Origin: Eledone cirrhosa
Taxonomy: Eukaryota
Length of the DNA: 64,000 nucleotides
Assembly: GCA_964016885.1 (NCBI GenBank)
Contig: OZ024752.1
Location: forward strand, 9,052,001-9,116,000
Direction of reading: 5' to 3'
Positions 14,325 through 25,218 of this stretch are shown here, piece after piece. Made by a program: the position numbers and the translations under genes. The notes beneath the pieces are model-generated. The model saw only the letters and a program-made list of their open reading frames with translations. It did not search any database and was not told where the DNA came from. Each line of letters starts with the position of its first letter. Position 1 is the first letter of the stretch.

Positions 14325-14800
14325 CTAATGGGTACAATTTGTACTACTAGAACATTTGGGTTTATAATAAAAATAAGAATTAGAAATGGCATGGGGGCAA
14401 GAAGAGAATATCTCAGACTTTCTATTCAGTAAGGGTACGCTAGAGAAAATAATAGAGTGTGTCTCAAGTATACAGAGATTACAAAACTTACTATGTGCAG
14501 AAAGGTGGTTAGATCGTGCTACTAAACTCCAGTTAAGGCTATATGGTATATAAGCTCCCTTAAGATCCCAGATATAATGCGCTAAAGAGGTAGAATTCTT
14601 AAACCTAACATGTTTGAAGTTAGAGATATGAGAGTTAAACCTAGTCTTAAAAGTGTTTGAAGTAGATCCTATATACGTTCTTTTAGAGGAATTAGTTATA
14701 ACCTCGCAAGCGTAGACAATGTTCTTAGAAAGGCAGTTACCGTTTAGAGGGCAGTTAGCACTCACTCTACAATTGCACTTCCGGGTGTTATTGGTTGGCT
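14325..14800 (-). mobile_element. Penelope-like element GIY-YIG endonuclease fragment
   Basis: CPLNGNCL..NIVY..TYIGSTSNTFKTRFNSH...CNLCILE...LLNRKSEIFSSCPH. Confidence 0.8.
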
Positions 14801-15066
14801 CGAGTAGTGATGTATTACACGTAGGACCTCTATCAGATAAGGACTGATCTGGTGGTAAAGCATTGTCAGATCCATTCAGACTAGTAGTATGTAAAGAGGA
14901 GAATCCATCCCTAATTTTCCTATTATTAGTGCTAGCTAAATGAGAACTAATATTAGGGGTGGTAGAGAATGAGAGTTTAATAACATTTTTATTAAAAATG
15001 TATATATATATATATATATATATGTGCCTTTGAGAAAAGGATTTTAAATTGGTAAAATATTAGATA

Positions 15067-15500
15067 TTAGCTGTATACTTTATGGAATGTTCTGTGGAAT
15101 TTATGCAAGCAGAGAGAGAACAAGTCAGTGCGTCTATTTATTATAGAATCTAAATTAGATATAATGGTAAATTTTTCACATAAACAGAGATTGCATGTCT
15201 TGGATAGAGAACTGTTCAAGTATGGAGAAGCAGAAGAAACCTTTTCCAAGAGATGTTATAGTTAATATTTTTGTCTTTCAAGGACCATGAGTTCTGAAAG
15301 TGCCATGTTGGTTCTTATAAGTTGGTATTTAAAAGACGAATGATGATTATAAAGACGAGCTTTAAAGGAGGTGGAAGTGGAGCCAAAATAGGTAAAGGAA
15401 TTGGTGTCAGTTATAACTTTACATTCGTAGATTAAGTTTTTTTCAAGACAATGGTTGTTGAGAGAACATTTATTTTTAACAGGGCAATTGCAATTGCGAT
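15067..15500 (-). mobile_element. Second Penelope GIY-YIG fragment (decayed)
   Basis: YFGSTSTSFKARLYNH, CNLCLCEKFTII..NRRTDLFSLCLH. Confidence 0.7.
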
Positions 15501-16165
15501 TAGAGAGATTAACAGAGTTATTAACAAGTGACCTAGTGTTATCTATAGAAGAGATTGGATTGGAGAAGTTATTTACGATAGGAATAATAGTTTCTTGCAG
15601 TTTTCCAAACAGGTGAATTAATTAAAAATGCCGGTGTAATCAGTACAAGGTTTTAGTCTTTCTCTACATTCCAGGCAAATATTTTCATTGAAAAAAATGT
15701 ATAAAACCTTTTCACCAGTCAAAATAATATTGGCAATGCACTCTGTAAATGTACGGTGTAAAATTACGTAACAGAAAGTTCCCAATATATAAGTTTATAC
15801 ACACTTTTAAATTTTTATCCAGATTGGAAACATGTTTTTTTTTCTGTGTAGCTGTTGGGTTTACCATTTTAGTGGAGTTCAGCAATATTTGTGTAGCAAT
15901 AAGTTGTAATAGTGTATGAAAATATTTGTCACTACTTTTTTATACGCTGTTGAATGAATGAATTTGTTTTGCTGCATATTCAGAGGTCAGCATTTTTTAG
16001 TTGGTGTTTTCACGTCGGGGTCACCATTTTTAGTGAGCTAGTCCCAGAATTAGTTAATCCAATAAGCACCACCGGATCCCAGCTACTAAATTTAATCGAA
16101 ATATGAGATAGGAGAATTTTCATACAATATCAGGCCGTGTGAGAATTATCTCTCACTACAAAGGT

Positions 16166-16432
16166 TTAGGCGGGGTGGTCAGGCATCCTGTCTAATTTAG
16201 ATGGTGCAATTAATCTGACTGGTAAATCAGTTTCGAAGTTCCTTTTATGATCCTTCATATTAATCTTAGGTTTCCTTGGCATGAAGGGTTGTGTCCTATT
16301 TTCAATGCCTAGTTCATGCATTAAATACGAGGCATTTGTATTCAATTTTTCAAGGTCGTCTTTATTTGCTACTTTGTATTTCTTCCTTAATTCCTTTAAT
16401 ATAAGTAATAAACCTGGAAAAGTACAGGACAA
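16166..16432 (-). mobile_element. Penelope RT N-terminal fragment
   Basis: MKDHKRNFETDLPVRLIAPSK matches the Penelope KDHKxNF...RLI motif. Confidence 0.6.
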
Positions 16433-16610
16433 GTAGAATTAACTCTTAAAATATTGAAGCTGGAATTTGAATTTGATGAATTCAATGTACAGTAAAATTA
16501 GCAATGCCAAAAGGATATGCCATTTTTGGGGGGATCTCCAAAAATTTCATCAAGTCTTTTGTCAATGAATACCAGCATCAAGTGACTAACCATGCTAATT
16601 TCATCAATTA

Positions 16611-18754
16611 CACTGGTCTGCGATGTTTTCAAGGTCTAACATATAATACATGATTTTAGGCCAGTTTTTTGCACTGAATCCAAAAATCATGCTCATTTTA
16701 CTCAATCAGATCAGGTTAATGAAATATTAGCACATTAAAAATATTCTAAATTCCGATCTATTTGTAGGTGAATAAAACGCAATATTGAAAATATTAGACT
16801 GATTTATTCACAGAAGGCTACAAAATATTTTGAATAGATAGCAAGAAGAGTATAATGAACTAAGGAAGCTACTCATGGATGAATGGTCTCTTCAGGGACT
16901 TCTGTTTGTGCTGAGCAGACTGCGCATCCCTCTTCAGGCACCAGCAGTAGTTGGCCAGAAAGTTGACATCCCATCGGCCTTGATAGCGTTCCTCCATAAC
17001 ACTGATATCTTGGTGAAAGCGCTCACCATGTTCTTCACTGAAGTCTCCACAATTCTCTGGAAAATAGTCCAGATGAGACCGGAAGAAGTGCATTTTCACT
17101 GACACGTGCGCACCAAGTTGGCGGAAATTCTCCATTAACTCATCAACCACCTTCTGATACTGGGAACTTCTGTGGTTGCCAAGGAAGTTTGCAATGACTG
17201 ACTTAAGGGACAACCAGGCAGAGAGTTCAGCAGGATTCAGTGCATCATCAAAACTAGTATCCTTGATGAGTTCCCTTATTTGAGGACCATCAAATATACC
17301 TGCCTTAATTTTCTCCATGCTTTTTCGTTGAAACTTCTGATGGAAGAAAGCAACTCCTCCACCTTCCCTGTCCAATGCCTTTACAAAGTTCTTCATGAGA
17401 CCGAGTTTGATGTGGAGGGTTGGAAGCAATATCTTGCTCGGTTCAACCAGAGGGTGGGACAAAACGTTGTGTGATCCAGGTTTTAATCTTTGTCTTAATG
17501 GCCACTCTTGTCTGACATAATGCTGGTCATCAGCACGGCTATCCCATAAGCACAGAAAGCATGGATACTTTGTGTAACCACCTTGAAGTCCTAGGATGAG
17601 TCCAGATCAACCATTTATGTTTCTGGTAGTTCAGAGCAGACAACAGACGTTCCATGCTTTTGTGGGATTCTTTCATTTCAACTGAGTGCCCAACAGGGAT
17701 CGATGAAAACTTGTTTCCGATATTCAGAAGAACTGCTTTGAGACTTCTGTTAGATGAGTCAATGAAAAGTCTCCATTCCATAGCATCATACTTCAGACCA
17801 AGTAATTTAATCAGGTCAGCAATATTGCTACAGTAGACCAGTGAAGATGCTTCATCAAACATGAAGAATTTTCTAAATTCTCTCTCGTGGTCCCGATACC
17901 AATAGAATGTTGTTCCTGGTGCCAGTAGACGTTTCTCTCGAAGACGAGAACCCAGTAGCTGTGCAGACTCCTTCGAAAGGTTCAGGTCTCGTGTCAGGTC
18001 ATTGAGTTCGGCTTGGGTCAAAGGCACCGGTTGGTCGTCCTCTTCTGACCTGTATTCATCACACTTAGCTGTATCAATCATGTCACTAGATTCCATGGTG
18101 ACATTTGGCTCAGGAACAGGAAGATCGGGGCCATGGGGGACTGGCTTTATGGCAGAAGGAATATCAGGGTATTGAAAATGGTGCTTGTTCTTGCGATTGA
18201 TGCCTTTTAGATTTGTCATGCAAAAGTAGCAGTCGGTAACGTGATCTTTCCCTTCCCTCCACACCATTGGGACACCAAATGGCATACTCTTCCTTTTCTT
18301 ATTCCTCCAATCCCGTAAGTTCTCTACACATGTTTTGCAGCAGATATGGGGAGCGAATAGCTTATCATGGTCCCCTAGTTTGACTTCAAAGTAAGCGTGA
18401 TATGCCTTCTTCACAAAATCCGTGATTTTTGCTTGACGGTCTGGAAGAACCACATGTCCGCAGATGTAACAGAACCTATTTTTACACTTCCGATCTATTT
18501 TTCTAGACCTGAAAAGAGAAATAAAAATAATTATTAAAGGTTACCCACGACCCGGTTTTGCAAAAGCAAAGCCCATAAACGCTTGGATTGCGATATTTTA
18601 GGAAAATATGCTGGAAAAGAAATAGACTATATCTTAGAAACCAGACCGGACCCAGAAAAATAAACTGTATTTTTGAATTCAGCATGCAAAAAGGGTCCTA
18701 AATCATTTGGAAAACCCTTGAATTTAAAAAAAAGTTTTGAAACGCAGACCAGTG
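16611..18754 (-). mobile_element. Chapaev3 (CMC superfamily) DNA transposon, both ends present, transposase frameshifted
   Basis: TIRs cactggtctgcg / cgcagaccagtg with 3-bp TTA on both flanks; transposase motifs FCYICG, LGDHDK..APHICC, WRLFIDSS, LHIKLGLMKNFVKAL, SEEHGERFHQDI. Confidence 0.85.
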
Positions 18755-18934
18755 TTACACGGCGTAAAATTTTCAAGTCCACTTTTTGCAATACCTTGTA
18801 AGTTGGAAACTTTCCATGCTGAACTCCAATCATTAGAGTTCTGTGTAGAGTATTTCCTTTTATTTGAAATGCACTCATGCCTGTTGGTCCACATATTATG
18901 ACAGGAGTTCCATTAGATAACTTTCTTTTTATTT

Positions 18935-20113
18935 GCCACCAGGGCATCAAAAGTGGGACAAGTACAAAGGGGGGGGGGTGAGTTTACATGCAAAGGCGTC
19001 CTCAATATGGAGGAGGCAATAACAAGATATAAAAGTATAAAAATAAAATAAAATATAACAAAATAAATTTTGTAACAAAATCCTCAATAGGGAGGAGGCG
19101 CCTTGGGGGGGTCGCACACACCGCCGAAAAAAAGTGTGCAACCCTTCTCCTCAGGAGCACAGAGAGGGGGTGCTCCCTTGGTCTTTCATCTTCCTCACCT
19201 ATAGTCTGATGTAGAGTGAAGGCCTATTCACATGGGCCATTCTCGCCACTTTCACCCATCTTTCATAATAACGGCTGGGGTGCAGCACCTCTCTCCATCC
19301 TGATCCTTCTTCCGAAATGATATCGGAAGAAACGGACCAGTTGTTGGCCAGAGAGAAAGATGTCTGACCTCAGTCCTTTCAGACGCGTCCACCATACAAC
19401 CTCTATCGACATGGCTATTACGCACAGAAACACCGCCTCTCCTTCGTTTTTGAAGAGGGGAGGCGGCTTGATCGTTGAAGGTTTTCTTATTAAGTTGGGG
19501 ACAGACAGCCCTCAAGTGACCTCTGGTTCCACAGAGGTAACACGAGGGCCCGCTTACCCTCAACGGTAATGTTGATGAAAGTTTGATCATCCAGTATGAC
19601 GCGTTCAGGGATCTGGGCGATCCTTTCGGGCCTCATTTGAACTACAAGTTCGAGGCTCGTTCCACTGAACACGTCACCCAATGCCTTTCCCATGGACACC
19701 AGCGTGTCATCATCCAGGTTCAGGAAACCTGTCAAAACCCACCATATGTCCATAATCGGCAGGATGGTGTGGATTTTTATTTTTTGCGTCCTTCTACCCA
19801 TGTACGTAGGGTAGAAGGTGTATGCGGTGGATGTAATTGGTTTGATGGACAGTTTCACTGCTGTGTCCCTGTCATTCATGAGAATGGATAGACTCCCGTA
19901 GAGTCTATCTTTCTGAGTGAAAGTGATGTCTTTCATGACGTCTTTTAAAACCAGCTCTATCTCGCTCTGTGATGGTTGAGCTGGATTTTTGCTTTTATTC
20001 GAGATTGTCCTAAACATGACAATGTTTAGGAGTTTCTGGCTTTTTAGCCGGGGGGGGGGGGGGGGGGGGGGGTTGAAAATGTACCATTTTCCCCGTACAT
20101 TATGTATTTTTTT
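18935..20113 (-). mobile_element. L1/Tx1-like LINE, 3' part: rest of ORF1 (zinc knuckle) joined to the ORF2 C-terminus and 3'UTR (internally deleted)
   Basis: ITVEGKR..CYLCGTRGHLRAVCP CCHC knuckle; 3' region homologous to 44975-45400 (caatagggaggaggcgcc; AATAAA end). Confidence 0.65.
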
Positions 20114-20226
20114 ACCAAGGCTTCTTTCTACTGGTGAGTAAAAATCTTCCTGCACTTCTTGATAGAATCGTGTACCATTTTCCCCGTACATTATGTATTT
20201 TTTTGCCTAAAGGGTAGGGGGTGTAC
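20073..20226. repeat. Chimeric LINE-ORF1 / viral-NS1 repeat block (copy of 24004-24248)
   Basis: gtaccattttccccgtacattatgtatttttt at 20081 and 20172, separated by a ~59-nt piece identical to 24306-24365. Confidence 0.9.
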
Positions 20227-20342
20227 TCCTCAACTCAAAATTAAAAAAAAAAAAAAAATAAAATAATCACCAACCTCCCTCTCGGGAGGCTGGTGACTAC
20301 TTTTTCTTTATCATTTATTCAACAAAATATTACAAAATGTTT

Positions 20343-21989
20343 TCATGCATTTGATATTTCTTTCATTATTCTTCCGTATTTATTCCATCTTCCTGCTGTT
20401 CCTTTTTCGTCTTCTTCTTCTTCTTCGGTGTCAGAATACTGTCGTTTAATTGACCAGCTTCCAGAATCAGTTTCAGACCCCAATCTACTTGGTCTTTCAC
20501 GACATCTATCTTCGTTGGTTTGTTCGCTTGTAAGACGTTCGTATTCATCTAAAATTTTGGCTAGATCATCATCACTTGCACTATCATCAATAATTACAAA
20601 ATCTTGAAAGCAATATTCATAAATCAATATATTCCAGATTCCTGGATTAAGCTTCTTTTTAACATGCTTAAGAAATGGGGATGCACAATCAAAAACAAAT
20701 TCAGTATAACGTGTTATAAAAGCCTTCTTTTCATCGTAAGGAGCATTCTTATCAAAACGATTATTAGAAGTTATAATTAATGGTGTGCGATGCACAACCT
20801 GATCTGGTTTAAATTTAACGGATACCTCAGTATCTGTACCCTCTGACAGTTTTTTAAATGTTTGTAGTGTCTTCAATGTGAAGTTAGGTTCTTCAATTAA
20901 ACCTAATTCAACATTGATCAAATTCTGAAAAGGAAATGTACTCGTACCCTGAATAGTACTAACATGAGTGAACATATCACCAATTGATCTAGCAATCATA
21001 CTTTTACCAGTATTAGCTAATCCACGTAGTACCATTAAATTTCTTTTTGGGTCCTTCTGAGTTAATAATTCCCAAACACATTGCACAAATTCTTCAATGT
21101 CTATCTTCTGTGTCATTAAAATTGATTTGAAAACCTTCATTGAAACATCTGTACTCGCATATTTGATTGGATCGAATTCCCAGACCATATTCTCAAATTT
21201 CTGTTTGAATGGCATTGTTAACGTACGTAGCTTAACACATTCGAGGACTTTCTTCATGATGTTATCATACTGTGCGTGACTTAAAGCGCGCATAAAATTC
21301 TCGTTGTTCTGCCTATTTAACCAGTAAGATTTCATCGCTTGTTCGGATTTAAATGATTTGTTTGTGTAGATATAAGTCAAATAATTAAACAAATAAAGTG
21401 TTGTTCCGGACTTAGATTTAAAGCATGGTTCGTCGTTATCAATCTTACTTTTCTCTTTTTCGGTTTCTTTATGTACGTATGGTGCTTTAGGTATGTACTC
21501 TTTCTCACACCAATCACTGAATTCTCTGTTCAATTCATTCGCACCCTGAATCAGTAGTACTCTTGGTGGTTGACAGAAGTAATCAGCCATTGCACTCGGA
21601 AATTTTACATTTTGGGCATCTGGTATGTATCTTTTTAAATTCGTTGCCTTCTTGTATAGTATTCTTATATATTTCAAAACTTGGTTTTCTCCTGGTCTTA
21701 TTTCATCGTTCCATATTATGTGGAAATGGTTAAAAGTATTCCATTCCTTGTTACTGCAACCTGCTGCTTCTGCTTTGTGAAATATTACTGTGGCCTTATA
21801 TATCTTAATAAAATTTAATATCTTCTGATTACAATTAGTTTGTGCTCCGTTTTTCATTAATCCTGTTTCCACATTATGTTCGTTAACTTCTATTTCATCT
21901 TGTAGTATTGGTTCGCTATTGTACACCCACGAGAAATCATCTTCATTAATCCATGGGAATATTAGCATATACATCTTCCTCCCTCTCAC
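20343..21989 (-). CDS. NS1: Parvovirus-like NS1, EVE A1 (putative exon 2; open frame)
   Basis: HUH motif NHFHIIW, SF3 Walker A GLANTGKS, Walker B LIEE, motif C IITSNN; preceded by acceptor TTTTGTCATTACAG. Confidence 0.92.
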   Translation of the reverse strand: MRGRKMYMLIFPWINEDDFSWVYNSEPILQDEIEVNEHNVETGLMKNGAQTNCNQKILNFIKIYKATVIFHKAEAAGCSNKEWNTFNHFHIIWNDEIRPGENQVLKYIRILYKKATNLKRYIPDAQNVKFPSAMADYFCQPPRVLLIQGANELNREFSDWCEKEYIPKAPYVHKETEKEKSKIDNDEPCFKSKSGTTLYLFNYLTYIYTNKSFKSEQAMKSYWLNRQNNENFMRALSHAQYDNIMKKVLECVKLRTLTMPFKQKFENMVWEFDPIKYASTDVSMKVFKSILMTQKIDIEEFVQCVWELLTQKDPKRNLMVLRGLANTGKSMIARSIGDMFTHVSTIQGTSTFPFQNLINVELGLIEEPNFTLKTLQTFKKLSEGTDTEVSVKFKPDQVVHRTPLIITSNNRFDKNAPYDEKKAFITRYTEFVFDCASPFLKHVKKKLNPGIWNILIYEYCFQDFVIIDDSASDDDLAKILDEYERLTSEQTNEDRCRERPSRLGSETDSGSWSIKRQYSDTEEEEEDEKGTAGRWNKYGRIMKEISNA

Positions 21990-22022
21990 CTGTAATGACA
22001 AAATTTGTATAGTAATTATCCA

Positions 22023-23639
22023 TTAACGGTGAGCCACTTGTGCTGACCCGACTGCCATTGTAGTATAATTACGAATACCCATCGGCCATTTACATAGATG
22101 TGTCTTAGAAGAATTTTGTATGACGCCCTTGTTATTATTCCATGCTTGGAATCCTGCAGTCTGTGGACTACCCGAAATATATTCGAAGTCTATCTCAGAA
22201 TTATATGTTATCGTTATCATGAAACTTATTTTAGATGGGTTATCCCCAGAATCTAGTATCGGTATCGAATCTAATGTTGCTATTGGTGGAGGATTAGATG
22301 GGTTAATAGGCATTTGTGTTAAATGTGTTCTACCTATATTCTCTTCGTCTGACTCTTTGTTAATTCCTAAATCCTTACTCCATTTTCCCGTTTTTGTTGG
22401 CGCCCATAAATCATATTTACCATACGTATATGTATTAATGTCTGCTGGTAAACCATCGTTTATTTTAATTGTAGGTCCTTCGTATGTAGTATCATATGCA
22501 TAATAATTCATACAATTGAACCAACTAGGAGTTCTATTAATCCATTGATATCCAGCTGTCTCACCACTATATAAGAATGTTAAATCACCCGTATTCAAAA
22601 TACATAACAATTGTTGTGCGTTTAATGTCTGTGCTGTAGTTGTAGCTTTAGTGAATCCATTATATTCCCACCAATCCTTTCTACACTTTCTTGTTGTCTG
22701 TACATGACTTAACGATCCCTCTGCTCTTGTAACAGGAGCATTATGTTTAAAATTGTTATTAACATTCGGGATACTATATGTTGCTGTTGGAAACAAAGCA
22801 TACTTATTATCGACATAATGTATCATATATGGTCTTGTATTAAATGTTGTACTTGTTGTTGTTGTTCCTTGTACTGTACCTAATTCATCTGATAACGGTA
22901 CTATATTAGATATCTTATAACCACAAGATTTCACTCTAAAGTTATTACATGGTGACATATATGTTTCTAACTCTGCATTTGTCATGCTAGCTTTCAAATT
23001 ACCATATGGTATATACACTGATCTATGTTTAATTAATAACTTTACATATGCATCTGCTGCATCACTAGTAGTAATAAATGTAGCTTCGTCTTGTGGTGTA
23101 TCGAAACAGTTTACATAATGTATAAACGTTCTTGAAAATTTTTTACTTACTATAGGATTTTTATCTCCTATTCCTGGTGGTTGATCACCAGTTGCTAATG
23201 CTGCCGAACCTGGTGGTTGATCACCAGTTGCTAATGCTGCCGAACCTCCTAGAGCAGGTCCTACGTGTGGGTCTCCCATATCTACGTCTTCACTTTCTAT
23301 CCCACTATCTTGTGTTCCTCCGGCTTTTACTAAATCTTTATCCGATATATACTCCTCTCCCTTTTCAGCTTGTTCTTGTTCGGTTTTCCTTTTTTTATTA
23401 TATGGTGGCATTACCCAGTTCTTAGTTTTTATAATATTACTAACGACATACGATGTCAACCCTCCAACTTTATCAGAACACTCGATTAATTGTTTATCTG
23501 CTTCTAGTTCACTAATTTCATTAGTACCATAGGCTATATCGTGTTCTCTGCAACAATTATCCAAATCATTAACTGGTTCCCTCTCTAGATCTTTAGTATA
23601 AGGTCCACAGTAATTATAACCAGGTATATGTAAAGGCAT
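22023..23639 (-). CDS. Parvovirus-like capsid VP with N-terminal PLA2, EVE A1 (open frame)
   Basis: PGYNYCGP...PVNDLDNCCREHDIAY (parvoviral PLA2), KKRK NLS-like motif, densovirus-like capsid body; in-frame 36-bp duplication (GSAALATGDQPP x2). Confidence 0.9.
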   Translation of the reverse strand: MPLHIPGYNYCGPYTKDLEREPVNDLDNCCREHDIAYGTNEISELEADKQLIECSDKVGGLTSYVVSNIIKTKNWVMPPYNKKRKTEQEQAEKGEEYISDKDLVKAGGTQDSGIESEDVDMGDPHVGPALGGSAALATGDQPPGSAALATGDQPPGIGDKNPIVSKKFSRTFIHYVNCFDTPQDEATFITTSDAADAYVKLLIKHRSVYIPYGNLKASMTNAELETYMSPCNNFRVKSCGYKISNIVPLSDELGTVQGTTTTSTTFNTRPYMIHYVDNKYALFPTATYSIPNVNNNFKHNAPVTRAEGSLSHVQTTRKCRKDWWEYNGFTKATTTAQTLNAQQLLCILNTGDLTFLYSGETAGYQWINRTPSWFNCMNYYAYDTTYEGPTIKINDGLPADINTYTYGKYDLWAPTKTGKWSKDLGINKESDEENIGRTHLTQMPINPSNPPPIATLDSIPILDSGDNPSKISFMITITYNSEIDFEYISGSPQTAGFQAWNNNKGVIQNSSKTHLCKWPMGIRNYTTMAVGSAQVAHR

Positions 23640-23649
23640 GTCTACTCAC

Positions 23650-23703
23650 TTTTAACTTGCCGAGCATATCTGCATCACGTAGCTTCAAATCTTCGTAATT
23701 CAT
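23650..23703 (-). CDS. Putative NS1 leader exon 1 of EVE A1 (MNYEDLKLRDADMLGKLK)
   Basis: ATG plus 17 codons, then AAA|GTGAGT donor; phase 0 matches the acceptor at 21990; homologous exon in A2. Confidence 0.75.
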
Positions 23704-23779
23704 CTTTCTTTCTTAGTTGAGGGTTAGACGTCGTTCTCTCTGGGCTTCCAGTAAATTATGACGGTTATTTCTGGCGCCC

Positions 23780-23910
23780 AGGACTATTTATATCTTTCTT
23801 TTCCCACGTATCAGTATCCTATTACATCACGTGATCAGCACATGTCTGAACACGTTTTGTTGTAGAATACCACGTCATCAAATATATATCTCTTCTCTGA
23901 TTGGTCAATA
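23780..23910 (-). promoter_or_regulatory. Viral Pol II promoter of EVE A1
   Basis: TATAAATA (~23785-23792, minus strand), ATCACGTGAT E-box 23826-23835, TGACGTGG, CCAAT box (~23900); same set present in A2. Confidence 0.65.
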
Positions 23911-24003
23911 TATTGTCGCATAATGCACAGCACTTTTGGAGGGAGTCGAATGGTGGGAGGGAGGGAGCTGTCGGTATTTCGTAGAAATCAGCGGGGAGGT
24001 AAG

Positions 24004-24248
24004 CGTTGAAAATGTACCATTTTCCCCGTACATTATGTATTTTTTTACCAAGGCTTCTTTCTACTGGTGAGTAAAAATCTTCCTGCACTTCTTGATAGAA
24101 TCGTGTACCATTTTCCCCGTACATTATGTATTTTTACCAAGGCTTCTTTCTACTGGTGAGTAAAAATCTTCCTGCACTTCTTGATAGAATCGTGTACCAT
24201 TTTCCCCGTACATTATGTATTTTTTTGCCTAAAGGGTGGGGGGTGTAC
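24004..24248. repeat. Chimeric tandem repeat (91/89-bp units): LINE-ORF1 motif alternating with a viral NS1 piece
   Basis: Motif starts at 24014, 24105 and 24194; spacers identical to 24306-24365. Confidence 0.9.
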
Positions 24249-24299
24249 GATAATTACACCCCAGCAGTGCCAACCACTTTTAGAAAATATCGCTCCATT

Positions 24300-24773
24300 T
24301 TCTTTTACCAAGGCTTCTTTCTACTGGTGAGTAAAAATCTTCCTGCACTTCTTGATAGAATCGTGTTTTTGGTAGCGATTCTAGCGGGGTTGACATGTAT
24401 TTATTTTCTGTATAATCTTTTATGTAATCCCTCCATATCGTCAACCACATCATGGGATTCAGCTCCTTCTGACCCCCATTCTTTCAATTTAGGCATTGCT
24501 GAATTGGTATTGTAGATAAACATTCGAGCTTTTAAGGCACTTTCGTCCTGCATTACTCTGTCCCATGGGTTGGAGTTACCTGTACTTATGCATGGTGTCC
24601 TGTGGAGAATACGTTCTTGTTGGTGTTTTATATTTACATATGTCTCGGTTCCTTCTAATATGCATTTGGCTTCTTCAATGTTGATGTTCGTGAACCACAT
24701 CTCGTCTGTAAATATTAATGTCTTGTCTATACATGTTCCGAACGTGAAATTGTCGCTCGCCTGACACCTCATT
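24300..24773 (-). pseudogene. NS1 helicase C-terminal fragment, lineage B (variant 2)
   Basis: MRCQASDNFTFGTCIDKTLIFTDEMW...ISTGNSNPW is near-identical in protein to 25460-27070 but has many synonymous changes; frameshifted. Confidence 0.85.
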
Positions 24774-24880
24774 GGTTGCCAATGCTGGGGTGTAATTATC
24801 GTACACCCCCCCCACACCTATACGTATAGGTGGTGGGGGGGGGGGGGTGTACGATAATTACACCCCAGCATTGGCAACCA
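24773..24880. other. Parvoviral-type terminal hairpin (108 nt) at the downstream end of EVE B1
   Basis: tggttgccaatgctggggtgtaattatcgtacaccccccc / reverse complement, with central palindrome cacctatacgtataggtg; partial copies at ~24232-24278 and ~20211-20226. Confidence 0.8.
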
Positions 24881-25218
24881 CTTGTAGGAAATAATAGAGA
24901 ATAGAATAGAATAACAGAGGTAAACAATGGTGCTAGTGGTGCCTCCTCTAAGTTTTTCAACTTACCTCCCTTTACCAGTGAGAGAGTCTCAACACAATTC
25001 AATGCCGCAGGTGTCATGGCCGCCTATACCCTTATATATATACTATACTATCAAATATTATTTTCACTTTTCAATAAAGTAATTTAATATTTAATATATA
25101 TATATAATATATATAATATACTTACCGGCCGCCATCTTGTTTCACTGCCAGCGATTGTGTGTACATCTCTTATCTATCGGTCATCTCAAATAAACAAACA
25201 ACAAGGTATAATCAGATT

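Noticed and set aside
15560-16160. Possible coding remnant (Cys-containing) between Penelope fragments
   Set aside because: No long ORF or recognisable family motif.
19490-20191. 233-aa ORF as a novel virus-LINE fusion protein
   Set aside because: Produced by junction repeats plus a poly-C run whose length sets the frame; no evidence of selection.
21990-22025. VP-before-NS1 order as a head-to-tail concatemer or circular permutation artefact
   Set aside because: Only ~15-40 nt separate the VP stop from the NS1 acceptor, with no telomere or promoter between; promoter and terminal structures flank the VP-NS1 unit; the order recurs in three genomes. Disfavoured, not formally excluded.
23822-24124. 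100-aa ORF upstream of VP as a viral accessory (NS2/NS3-like) gene
   Set aside because: It starts in the chimeric LINE/NS1 repeat and runs through the promoter; A2 has no equivalent start of its own.
24004-24248. CRISPR array
   Set aside because: Eukaryotic context, no cas genes, and the spacers are identical to each other; it is a chimeric tandem duplication.
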